This document shows positions 12,180 through 23,899 of a stretch of 64,000 nucleotides of DNA, in pieces. Origin of the DNA: Marsupella aquatica (lineage: Eukaryota > Plantae > Marchantiophyta); contig OZ316897.1 in NCBI GenBank assembly GCA_973895155.1, positions 22,047,455 through 22,111,454 of the forward strand. Reading direction: 5' to 3'. Positions within the stretch are counted from its first letter, which is position 1; each line of letters opens with the position of its first letter. The position numbers were made by a program, and so were the translations under genes. The notes below the pieces were generated by a model. The model saw only the letters and a list, made by a program, of their open reading frames with translations. It made no database searches and was not told where the DNA came from.

Positions 12180-14060
12180 GACAGAAATACTTTTTGAATC
12201 TATTCTCTTGACTACCTCATGTCGCAAGGTTTTACATGGTTACGGTTTCAAGGTACTTAATAAAGATATATCTGTCAGTTTACTTTGTATTCGATTTCGA
12301 TGGCTCTTGACCATGGCTGGGGTTCCCTGGATACAAAACAGAAATGTAGGTTATGTTCACGAAGCTTTTCTTTTTCTTAATTTATGCTATGCTTAGATTG
12401 GTCCGCTTAGAACCTTTAGAAGACTGGTTTCTTGCTAAATAAGCATTGCAAAGGCCGCAACTTATGGGTATGACTTATTTTCCACTTTGTTAATTCTAAC
12501 ATTAAAGCCCTAGAGAAAAGGCACCCTGCCCCAGAATGTGTTGGGCCCAGGAAAGCCTTTGCACTTCTTTGCACATATCTTGCAATTCTCCTTGCATTGT
12601 GTAGGATCAAAATAGAGCCATGTGTATAGGTCAACGTTCCAGGGAACGTTCTTAAGCAAGGGTTGTGACCTTTAGACTGATGTTCAACTTAAATTGGTAA
12701 ACATAAATGAATAAAATTAAATGCTCAGATAGACCACTCCAATGAACCTTGTAACCTGGATGGACCAAGTCACTGTTGACCAGACTAATATGGATTTTTG
12801 TACAAAGAAAAGTGCTGCCAGGTATATTCTCCATAGCAATAGATTTAGGGTCTATTACTCACTTACAACCTTGCTGTCTTAGATCAACCTGCTGCTACCG
12901 TATATAGCCATTCAGTTTTTCAGCTTCAATGTCCATAGTTACACTAAATAGCAAAACAGAACTCATTTAATTCAATGCTCAATAGGACAGTCTCTTCATT
13001 ACCTTTCCACCCCAGTATTACATGAAATTTTCATGAGGATTTGGCTTGGCAACGTCAAATCAAAATTTTCTGTTAAAAAGGAGTTCTGAGTAAATTTTAA
13101 TTTTAATTCTTAACTATTTCAAATCTTATATAAAATCTACAATCTTGAAGACGTGGAAACATATTGTAGAGGTCTTTCCAATGCACCAAAGGATCCCAAC
13201 AATGACTCTCAGGAGAGTGAGGGCCAATAACACTCCCAGCACAAGGAGTGAGAGCAAGGCACCGTCCGGTCCTGGGCATTGGGAACCCAACCCTAAACAA
13301 TACGAATGAGAAATCCGCCAATGAGGATGCAACACATGGACGGCAAGTTGACCAAAGTAACCAAAGTAGAATAGCTTTACAGATGGTGACAACTGTTCTG
13401 TGAATCCTTCATATTTTTGTGCAGTCATTGCTAAGAGCTCACTATTGTTAGTAGGGCTTACAAAGACTCTAGATTTTTGGGCAGCTAGACAGATTCTTTT
13501 GTTTGACCCCTTGTGCCGATTACTCCAAACCTTTACCAGGCTTCTCAGAATCTCAGTTCTGTGCTGAGTAGGGTTTCAGTCTTTTCTTTCCCTTTGTGGG
13601 CATTTTGCCCTTCTGGGCTGATTGTCACGGGGGGTTATGGGGCCTCTTTGGTCTTCTTGAGGTCTCTCCCCCCCACCCGCTCCACCCTTATTGGGTCTTC
13701 TGCCTTTGGAAAACTGTTTCAAACCGTCATTAGGGTATCTCAAACTTCACTAAAAAAATGATGCCCAATGCTACCAATTCAAGTCAAGGAGTGCATGAAC
13801 ACGCATTTTGTGTCTGCTGCTTTTTTCTGGTAAATTTGTCGATGACCACAAAAAAAACAATGCCCAAAACTACCAGTCGAGGATTTAGGGGTCTTCGGGA
13901 ATTTGTGGATGACCCCAACACGAGGGAGAGACATCGACCGCAAAAAAATGATGCCCAACAACTACCTATAGCCAAGGGTTTAGGGGTTTTTTAGGGGAAT
14001 TTGTGGGTGACCGCAACCAGAGGGAGAAGGAGATTTGAGATGCCATATTGGGTGTTCAGT
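12180..14060 (-). mobile_element. Probable degenerate transposon-derived segment
   Basis: Interrupts the end of the duplication and has fragmentary Cys-containing reading frames. Three ~80-bp repeats (ATTTGT.GATGACC.CAA…ATGCCCAA.ACTACC) lie at 13755-14030 with a GGGTTTAGGG telo-box-like motif. No termini identified. Confidence 0.3.
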
Positions 14061-14210
14061 CTTTGAGATCCTGGAGTTTATTTTTTGTTATTGGGCAGTT
14101 TGAGATATATAGTGCCCACTCTAACTCTCACCCCTGTTTACAAGTAGTACAGTAGCGCTTGCTCTCTCCTCGTACAGGTCTACTGGCACTTTCTCAGCCA
14201 CCCTCCCACC

Positions 14211-15186
14211 ATGGCCAAGCAACAGGTACTCCGCGCTTCCTAATTCCAATTCAATGCTGTCCATGCCAATTGCTCTGAGCTCGCAATCAGGGGTCCCATT
14301 TGATATTCGTTGTGGTCAGCCAGGAAGTGCTCCGGCTTGCATTCTCCAAGAAATTGAGGATGCTCAGGCAGCCCCTGCGTTCTTCACGTGCACGAGCGGA
14401 GAGCTTCTATGCGGGCAAGTGCACACGGTGATTGCAGGGTTCACCTCCGCAGAGGTGGATGCAGCAGAGCTTGGAGCAGAACAGAAGAGCGAGGATCACA
14501 ACGGAGGTACTGTTGTGGCGTGCTCCTTCCGTTACAAAGTGGTTGCTAGGAAAGGCCAATGGAAAGTGGAAGCTGCTTTGCTTGACAATTCGGAGGGCCA
14601 ACCGTGGCACATAGGCTTTGTGTGCCACCACGTCGATGTGGACGGAGTGGAGGTTCTGCGGAGGGCGGCCGAGGCAGGGCTCGGTGGTAATGGGAAGTTT
14701 GCGGATCTGGATGTTGTCTTTGTTGATCGGTATGATTGGAGCCGTTCGCACAGCCCAGGATGTGAGCTCATTGTGCAGGCTGTTGAGGGGAAGGAACTTG
14801 TCGACGCCGATGAGGAGGATTTTGAGGACGAGGAGTACTACAGGTCGCTGGTACAAGGCCGGTTTATGCTTACTGACGCGCAAGGCTTTCCAAACTTGAT
14901 GCAAGCCCTAAAGGATGGGAAGAGGCTTGAGCAGAGAAACTACATAATGCACAACGATCACACCGACGGGACTTTGTCTTTAAAGTCAAACTTGTCAAGA
15001 GATGAGAATTTGTCAATGAAGTTTGGAGATTCCTTTGGGGTGCACCTGGTGGTAGATGATTCGGAGTACGACATGGGATGGATGGCGTTTCAGAATGGAA
15101 AACTTGTTGGATTTGTGTACGACGGAGCTTACACGGCTCTGGAAGGCGACAATCTTCGAATAGGCAGTAATTTTGTTTCATCATAG
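14211..15186 (+). CDS. Hypothetical acidic protein (~293 aa), fungal-like, function unknown
   Basis: Predicted exons are 14211-14225 (MAKQQ, CCACCATGG context) and 14320-15186, with a phase-0 GT..AG intron at 14226-14319. A TATA-like GATATATAG lies at ~14104. The ORF is long and GC-rich, with motifs FTCTSGELLCGQVH, GGTV…YKV.ARKGQWKV, GFVCHHVDVD and VVFVDRYDW. Confidence 0.75.
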
Positions 15187-17026
15187 TGATCACGACTGAA
15201 CTCGACCAAACTACCCATCATAAGCCTCTGATTGAATTTCGTTTTCCAAAACCGATCTAAACTTTTAACTACAGTAGCTGATTGGCAGCTTCTTGTTCAA
15301 CCAGGAAACATGACTTGGGAATGGCAGCTTGAATAAAAAGGGAGCAAGAAAATCGCAGTGAAAATTTTGAAGCTGTAGGGTGGACGAGCACTCACTGGAG
15401 ACGGTGTTATGGGATTTGGTTCTAGACGTCGACGCCCACCACATTGTCTCCAAACTCTGCAGTTGCCAAGGCTGGACAGTAGTGGTCATAATGCTACAAG
15501 CTCTGCAGTGCACACAATTTTCGTGATGTAAGGATAGAACTCTTTTGCCGCATAGATTTGACTGCCCAATGAAAGAAAGGAGTTTCAAAGATGAGGTACA
15601 GTGTGAAAGCATTGGTCTCAAGTCCTCTTGTTGACGGTCGTTTTCGAATTACAAACCAACACATTGACTGAAGATGACGGGCCAGAAGAAATAGCCAAGG
15701 AATTGACATTCGGAGCTTTGTCGATCTTGGGTAGCGAATTTGCATGGCCTTCTTCTTAAGGAGATACCTTGTCTATTGGGAAAGGATTCTCACTGTCCGA
15801 CGATTGTGGATCACTGCCCAGTAGAGACGTTGGAGGTTGGCTCGAGTGGAGTGAGTCCCGGAGTGGACTGTGAGACAACAGAACAGAGAGTTGTCGTTGA
15901 CAGAAACTCGGAAGGGCGAGGCAGGAGGAGGGTGAGGGAAGGAAGAATTGCGGCTGAAATGACACCTGTTCTCTTTCTCTATGTCTTCTATCAGAATGAG
16001 CAATGTCAACCAGAAATGAGCAAGCTTTGTGTCAATATGGATGTTTGGGACACAAGAACAGGGAGAAATTGAATATAGGCAGATTTCCAAATTCAAATTT
16101 CAACTTGAAGACATAAAAGGACGTCCTTCAGTACACCGGATGAAGGGCATGATCAATAGGTGACAAGCGTGGTCAGATGCTTGGTGATACTACATTTCAA
16201 CTACACTCACATGGTGAAGCATTGTGGTTACCACAATAATGGAAGAACATATCACATTTTGAAGGGTAGTGTCCTATGGGATCCCCATTAAGGCATTTTC
16301 TAAAATTTGGGGTCTATCCAGGAACGACTTGTCAATGGAGGCCAATCAAGAACACCTCTAGAAACAGTCAGCAAACATAAGATGCTGACGTTTGGTTCTC
16401 ATTATAACCGGAAGGAAAAACGAATAACTAACTTTGATCAATGTGATGATCCGGATGCAACTGTACACTTGACTTCTTGTTCAGATTCCACTAAGCATTT
16501 CCTGTTCATTCCCCGACTCACCTCGCTAACAGGAGCTGGCACTTCACGGCCCTGTCTGATTGCTGGGTGATGGTTACGACCATTTTATTATTATTATCCA
16601 GAAAGGAGGTATTTAAGAGACCATAATGCAGAAGGCTGATGTTGGCCTTCCGTCCGTGCCATCAAAATCAGGCACCAGTCGAAGAGAGTCCAATCCATGC
16701 ATGCAATCTATTTGTGACTTCCGAAGAAGTGCATGGACAACCTTAGATTCTAGAGGCATCTTGATAGACAGTTGTGGCAATCGCATACGACTCAGTAATT
16801 ATGGTTTCAGTTCGCTAGACTGTAGAAAGCTCGTTCTCAGTCTTCAGCCACCGAACAATACGACCCGAATCCGACTTTCTAGGCAGTTGAATACAATAAC
16901 CATCAAGTAAGCTTTTCCGAATGAAGTATATATATATATTTCGATGGACGGGATCCAAACATCTTAGTCGTTAGGTCCCAGTTTATTTCTCGCTGAAGCT
17001 TCACATGTTGATACTAGCTTTCCACT

Positions 17027-19350
17027 TCATCGTTTTAAATATGGAGTTGACCATGATTTCACAGTAGCCACTGGATCGTCACCCAAATCAAGGAAACAAG
17101 GATAGTCCCAAGGAATTTGATCGGATTTGAGAGTGGGAACGAAGTGTGGATCATCCAAGATCTTCAATAGCTCCTCAAACAGTTTGGCGTTGCCTGCTGC
17201 AGATAAATGCACTCCATCGCTGCCACAGTTCAAATCCACCCGTAGGAGTTACAAGTAGCCTTTTGTGTGGAGACTCTAGCAACCACTACTGCTTCAGAGC
17301 TGTAAACCCTCGTACGAGTTTTCTGTTTTGGGCGAAGAATTATTCTTCAGTTGTGGAATTCCAATGGGATTTGGATTTTAGCCTACACTACATATGATCT
17401 CGATAAGAAGTCCGCAAGAGGAACTGTACAAGGCAAATCCAACCTCAACAAGTCTTGCACCGGCTTAGAATAAACCAACGGCAATGGACTTAGGTTATCG
17501 AACTCACCAAAGGTATTTCTCTTGCCACTCTGGTGCCTCCTCGCAAATAGACCATAAATTTATCACTGGAACGTCTGTCGCCTTCGCCACCTTCACACAC
17601 TCATCTGCATATAGTTTGGCGAGATCATTTCTTCTTGTTGGGACACCCGTAGAATCTCCAAATTGAGTCCTGTAGAGCCCAGACCTTCCAATGTCACGTA
17701 GAATCATCTTGATCATCTGGGACTAGCTGAACGATATCTGCGAAAACCCTTCAATCGAAACTAAATCGGGGCCTTTGCCATAAGAAATACACGGTAACCT
17801 TGACTTACGCTGAAAAAACTAATAATTTCTTTTCATCAATTGTAGGCGGCGTTATCAGTACAATATGCGTGGAGGCCGATTGATTCTGGAAGGAACGACA
17901 AAGCTGAACTCGTGAGTCCCTAGGAAACCGCAAAGGTAAAGGTCTCTCTCAAGTAAAAAATATAACACGAAGTCCCGAGAAACCGTAGGAATCACATTGA
18001 GAGTCCGGAGAACAATTCAACTGCCTACCACAAGAAAATGGTTGGTCATATATAACAACGCGAAAACAGAAGTGACTTCAAGGTCAACATTTTAAGAGTC
18101 ATTGAACCTTAATGTGAGCAATGATCTTTTGTAGGTTCTCCGCGTACTCCTTCAGGGGAACGTGTAGGACTCCGTGAGCTGCATTTGGATCGGCCTCCGA
18201 ATAAGACGGTTACCAGCATTGGCGGGTTGGACGACGGCTGGATAGACATCAAACAAGGGAGAACTTATCCAGGTGAAGATAGTAAAATCGCTGCTACTCC
18301 ACTGAACAGCCCAACCTTTACCTTACATATGTGAACAGCTAAATTGCTGATATGCGGGTATCTATACTCTCACAAGTGCCGTGGTGAAAGATTATACCAC
18401 AACATTACATGTATCTCAATCTGACCAAGTTAAGTAGGGTCTGATTAACTTCTGTTGAGACAGAGCTTGGTGAATCCCGAACAGTGCATCTTGAGTACTC
18501 GAAAGTTTTATCGAGAGTGGAGTGCTTTCCAAAGATTTTGGTGAGTTCAGCCACATTCATTCCTGTGAGTGTCCTTAATCGGAACCGAGATTATAAGTAG
18601 AGAAAATGGTCACGCTGTCATATGTCACTGGCACACTCCAATAGCCATATAGACAGTTAACCTGTACACGAGAGCTCCTTGTGGCTTCACTTGAAGGGAA
18701 AAAGTAATGCAAAAATAGCCGCACAAAAGACTCGGGTTCTGCACTCTCAGGGATCGATACATGAGTAACCTGTAATTAGAGAGGACGTGGAGTGATGACT
18801 GGACATACTGTTGGGAAGATCTTGTCGAGAAGAAGCTGAGCTAATCGGGTGTTGTAGCCTCCAAAACCACGGTTCAGCACATCTGCCTGCATGAGAGACC
18901 GCTCCTTATGTGTCAGTTTCTCAGCAAGATTTACGTATTTCTCCATCTTTAATTTGCTCCTTGAAAGTAGATGAGAGTCGGCCAATCGCAATTTCTAGTA
19001 TGCCGATCCATGACATAATCAATATATCTCAAACTGAGGATCGGCAATGACGAGTCTTGACGAGGGGACTACAAACTCCGTAAACAAAGGCAGACGCATC
19101 TGCATACAAACTACTACACTTCAGCAAAGACTGCACTTCAGCAAAGCGCATAACTGCACAGCTTCGGAGATTTGTTGCCAACAATCTAGAAGGCACTCTC
19201 ACTGCGTGAACAGTACGCTAGAATGAGAACAATCACCTTTCGCTTGTAATGATTTGCCAACGACGCTCCCCATCCGGTCTGGTCCACTTGGAAGGACCAT
19301 TCTGTTATAGAATCCCCAAACAGCACAATCTTGGGCCGTATCGATCCCAT
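17027..19350 (-). pseudogene. SGNH/GDSL esterase (IAH1/CPRD49-like), 6 exons, frameshifted in exon 3
   Basis: Exons 19350-19237 (MGSIRPKIVLFGDSITEW…), 18886-18809 (ADVLNRGFGGYNT), 18237-18108, 17885-17809 (LITPP), 17669-17508 and 17219-17027 (DGVH). Exon 3 is 130 nt between phase-0 introns, lacks the block III N-D, and reads into TAA at its end. Confidence 0.85.
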
Positions 19351-20743
19351 TTCCTTCTGCACTTGAACACAGGAACGGTGGGGCTGTTTGTGACAGATCG
19401 AGCGGTGCGAGACTCTGCTTCCTTAAAGCTTCTTCAGTAAGAGTACTTCACGAAAGCATGATCGAAGTTCTTCGGATTGGGATCCAGACGTGCACTATTT
19501 AGCTTCGTTTGTACTCTTCTTCGATCATCGCTTTCCCCGCCGGCCTGCTCTGTTTATTCGCTTCTGTATCTACAATAATGGTCATAACTGCCCATTTGAG
19601 GCTACCATTCTTCTGCTTCTGAATGGACCTGCCCACTTGACTACTTGAGTCTACCGCTTCAGGTGACCGCCTTTCATCTGCTTCTGGATTGACCGTACTT
19701 CTAGAAGCGCGTAGTGTCTGGTTTGTATTGATTGTTCAGAATATTTTAGTTGAAATTCGTCTTTTTCAGAGTAAAATTTTCAGAATTTAACAGTGCAATT
19801 TTTTAATGGAAGACTGACTAATTTTCAAGTGCGAAATGCAATTGCACCCCTCTACTGGGTCCTCTGCGCTACCTGCTGTACCAATGTGCTGTATTTTCAT
19901 TCATAAGGGCTTAAAATATACCCGGGCCTGAAGTTGCGGACCTGTGTGATTTACTGTCCATCCAATGATTTTGAAAAATGATTTCAATGTGGTGTAGACG
20001 ATAATGATACGCTAAAAGTGTGGAAGTCTCCCACGCAGAGTCTTTCCCCATCCACTGACAGGATTTATTTTTATCAATGTTCAATCAAACGTGAATCGAG
20101 TAGGGTAGAAGACAGAGAACATGTCTACGAGGTTTTGTAGACTTCGCCATACAATCTCTTCCTCGTACTGTACACACTCCCCAAAGTTTAGGTTTGCTTT
20201 CCAGCGTGGGAGTCGTGTTGCTACCATACATCCTCTTCGTACCACTTTTTACACTCCAATAGCAGATTTGGAGAGGTTACAACGGCGAATCTGACATTGC
20301 CTCTAAAAGTCCCTTGTGTTTGGGAAACTAGAAAAGGACCAATGCCTCATGTTGATTATGGAGCATCCACATCGACAGAGATTTCTATCACGCTGACGGC
20401 AAGACTAGAGCAGAGGTCGGTGAAATGTTCTGCTGTAGCTGCTAGACACTCCATACGATTAATTTCAGCTCCCAGAGAACACCATCATGACATGTGCAAA
20501 GGAGAGACTGCTTGACACTAAAACGCCTTGTTCTACTTGAGTAGCGTGATTTAGACGCGAGCACGTCTTAAAAGGAATCATGTGGGGCGGGAAATCCAAT
20601 CGATCGCTCAAAAAATATCTCGAAAGCTCTTCGATAACTTCACACTCTTATTTCAATCAAGGTTTCTTATTTTCTACGACGGATTTGTTTTTCTAAGGTG
20701 ACAGTCTAACCAGAGATAACATAACTCCGTTCTCCGGCCCCTA

Positions 20744-21388
20744 CTAGAACCCATACACCTTCAAATCCGCAGCCATCCCCGGTGCCGTCCAAACCTCACT
20801 CTCAGCTCCGCCAAACATCTTTAACACTATAATGCCACGATCCTCAAACCCCAATTTCTGTAGCACCCTGCTGGAACGAGTATTTCCCTTTGCGCAAGCG
20901 CCATACACAGCGTGGACGCCGAGCTCCCGCTTGGCATAGGAAAGCAACCCCTGCGCTGCCTCCGTCGCATACCCCTTCCCGATCTCCTCCGGAACGATTG
21001 CGAAGCCAATGTCTGGCACTGTGCACGAATCCGCTGAGTTCCCACGCATCATCGACACGGTGCCGATCGGCTTGCAGCTCGCCAGCCGAGCAGCAAACGA
21101 GCTGGAGTTCTCATCGCTGCTGTCATTGCGAGGTTTGGCCGGATCCGGCTTCAAGCTCACGAGATACGTTCCATACCCGTTGCGAGCGTGCTCGGCTGGG
21201 AAGCGGCCCTCGAGGCGCTGCCGTGCTGCTGCGGTTGTAGTGATGGCCGTTGGCTGGCCACCGATGGAGGCGATGAATTCCGGGGTGTTGTAGAGGTGGA
21301 CGAGGAAGTCGCAATGGGCATCGTTGGACGGAATGAAGTAAGAGATGTAGAGGCGTGAGCTTTCGATGAAGAAGTTCGGGTCGGTCAT
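20744..21388 (-). CDS. Intronless GNAT N-acetyltransferase (RimJ/RimL, Acetyltransf_3 type), 214 aa
   Basis: ATG at 21388 (MTDPNFFIESSRLYISYF…). Contains PIGTVSM and PDIGFAIVPEEIGKGYATEAA (motif A, AcCoA pyrophosphate loop), then N..S.RVLQKLGF (motif B). Confidence 0.9.
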   Translation of the reverse strand: MTDPNFFIESSRLYISYFIPSNDAHCDFLVHLYNTPEFIASIGGQPTAITTTAAARQRLEGRFPAEHARNGYGTYLVSLKPDPAKPRNDSSDENSSSFAARLASCKPIGTVSMMRGNSADSCTVPDIGFAIVPEEIGKGYATEAAQGLLSYAKRELGVHAVYGACAKGNTRSSRVLQKLGFEDRGIIVLKMFGGAESEVWTAPGMAADLKVYGF

Positions 21389-21949
21389 GTTCGTGTGCTG
21401 CTGGAGTGGGTTCGCCCAATTCCTGTTGTGGGCACAAAGATGGCGATCACGACGACGATGACGGTGATGCTCGCAATTGTAACGATTTCCAATCTTCGTC
21501 AATTGGTGTCATGCACAGTCGAAATACTCAGAAGGGCTGTTGGGGGGGCAGAGCGATGGCGATGATGCTAGGGATTGGGATGAATTGCCATATCCATCAA
21601 TTTGTATGCAGAAGAGCTCCGATTAAACTGAGCAATGTGCTTGAATGTCTGAGGTAGGTACTGTGCTTGTCATTGACAAAATTGTGTCAATGGAGAGTGC
21701 TGCGAACATTGCAGCGATCGATTGAGTGACGATTTGACACGATGTAATTATGATGGACACTTGAGGTATGATCGTACTCTTGTTCCTGCAGGATCTGATT
21801 TGAGTTATGAGTGTTGGAACTTTCGCAGTTTACACTTACTTTACGAGTCAGAGAGTTGTTATGGTTGTTACAGAATTTCTTCCTCTGACGCCTAATTGTG
21901 GGGTCTGTTAATCCAATGGCTTGACCATTGGCGTCAAGTTGGATGCCAA

Positions 21950-22069
21950 TGGTCAAATTCAAGATGGTGGGGCTCACAAGACTGAACTGAGAGATAGCAA
22001 GGAAGAAAGTGATGGTCAAGTTCAAGATGGTGGGGCTCACCTGACTGAGCGATAGAAGGAAGAAAGTGA
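21950..22069. repeat. ~62-bp tandem duplication
   Basis: ATGGTCAA.TTCAAGATGGTGGGGCTCAC…GATAG.AAGGAAGAAAGTGA occurs twice. Confidence 0.8.
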
Positions 22070-22153
22070 GGGCCACTTCTATCATTTCCTTGTAGAGGAA
22101 TTGCATTAAATGTTGTCTCTTGTGCGAGCGGGGTTGCCGGTAGCTGGTAGATG

Positions 22154-23164
22154 ACTGTGCGTTAGATTTACAACGCATTCATGCTCCCCCATTTTTCCTG
22201 GGCTCCCATACATTGCTCGTCCGAGTCCTCGATGCGGCTGCTGGCCGCTCTGGCCCAAGTTCGCCAAAACATGAACCAAGACTCTGCCGTTTAATTTGTC
22301 ACCTGCTCCGGCCCGTTCAACTTTGTGAGATCGACTTCAGTTTTATGTTCTGGCACCCTTCGCTTGTAGTTGCTTGCTCCAGCCCAGGTCCCCAATGCTG
22401 CCCGCTCCAGCCCAAGAGTCTTGCCATAATTGAAACCAAGACTCACATTAATGGCATGACTCTCATCCAAATTACTAGGATTTGACACAACACTTCTACT
22501 CTATTGTTAAACAGACATGACTCCATTGGAAATAAATGTTGTCAATTGAAAACATAAACCAAGACTCCATAAAGTATTTGGCAGAACATTAACCAAGACT
22601 ATCAATCATGACTCTTAACCAAAGTAACTCTTAACCAAAGTAGTAGGCTCTGCAACACTTCGACTATGTTACTAAGCAAACAAGACTGAGTTGGAAAGAG
22701 TTTATGTACTATTGCTAGAACATAAACCACTACTCCATTGATAGAAAAGAAGCATTTAAGAGAACATCAACCAAGGCTCTATCAATCTTGACTTTTAACC
22801 AAAGTACTAGGCTTTGCAACACTTAGACAGTCTCTAATTATTACAAAGCAAGCATGACTCTCTTGAAACTAAATGTTGCCAAAACATAAGCCATGATGAC
22901 TACACAAGGAAAAAAGACAATGGCACAAAGTTGATCGGGTCAGAGTGGGTGACAACAAGTGAAAGGTGTCAATACATAAACCCGAAGTCAATGACACAAA
23001 GTTGATTGGCCCGGAGAGAGTGACAAAATAGTATAGTCTTGGTTTATGTTTGGGCAAACTCAGGCCGGAGTGGGCAGTAGTATCGAGGAAGTCACCGGGA
23101 TGGGCAATGTATGGGGCCCCAGGAAAATAGGGAGCATTAATGTGTTGTAGATTTAGCGCGTGGT
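22154..23164. mobile_element. Non-autonomous long-TIR (foldback/Mutator-like) DNA transposon
   Basis: Imperfect ~230-bp terminal inverted repeats (22154-22385 vs 22933-23164). Direct repeat GGTAGATG at 22146-22153 and 23165-23172, or 9 bp (TGGTAGATG) if the boundary shifts by one. Internal tandem repeats of GAACAT.AACCAAGACT…AAAGTA.TAGGCT.TGCAACACTT. Confidence 0.8.
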
Positions 23165-23899
23165 GGTAGATGCTGGTTTGCTACCCGCCAAGTAAAAATT
23201 AATTAGTTAAAACTATATGCACAGTAGTCCAGTAAACCATGGGCTGACATTATAGTGTGGGAGTGGGGTGACATAGGTTCAAACCTGACATTTTAGTCAG
23301 TGGGGTAATATAGGTGTTGGGTTCAAACCTTGCTTGCTTCACCATTCAGCCATTTAACACACATCCCCCCAACCTTGGGGAATCACTCGTTGGATATATT
23401 ATTATAAAGGGGTGCGAACAAATGAAGATTAATTTTAATCTTGTCAACTTGCAGAGGTAATGATTATAATAAAAAAATTATACTAAAGACATTTGAAAAT
23501 CCAATTTTGGTGAAAATATTAGTTTTTATATTCAGCAAGGTATTTAAGAATTTATTAAAGTTGTATAATAAAGGGTAAAAGAGCATTTTTAATTGAATTT
23601 ATTTTTGAATTTATTTTTCAAATTTCATTGGTGTGTTCTCAGGTGTTTTATTGGTTTTACTCTAAGTTATTCTCCAGGACTAAGTTATGTCTAGAGTTGC
23701 ACTTATTATTATTTTAAATTCCAGAGGGCCAGGAAACCTACTGTTAGTAGTTGTTTTAAGTTGATGTACACTGAGCTACAGGACACCATTAAATGCTAAA
23801 CATGTTACTCCTAGAAGTGAGTCTTCAATCCTTGCCGCTACAATAGGGCATCTCAAACTTGCTCTCTCTGGGGTTTTTACCAATCATCCCTTCTAAGAA

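Noticed and set aside
14254-14319. ORF-track start MLSMPIALSS for the orphan gene
   Set aside because: More likely intron. The ATG at 14211 has better context and splices in frame at 14320, though this needs cDNA confirmation.
14407-15193. Several overlapping and antisense ORFs, with similar sets at 20827-21437 and over the GH1, NPF and expansin exons
   Set aside because: Shadow ORFs produced by the codon bias of real coding sequence.
21389-21502. N-terminal extension of the GNAT ORF (MTKIGN…HHRHRRRDRH)
   Set aside because: It starts at TTG and is low-complexity. The GNAT-like sequence begins at the ATG at 21388.
21687-22178. 163-aa ORF upstream of the GNAT
   Set aside because: Its internal peptide repeat comes from the 62-bp duplication and it starts inside the transposon TIR.
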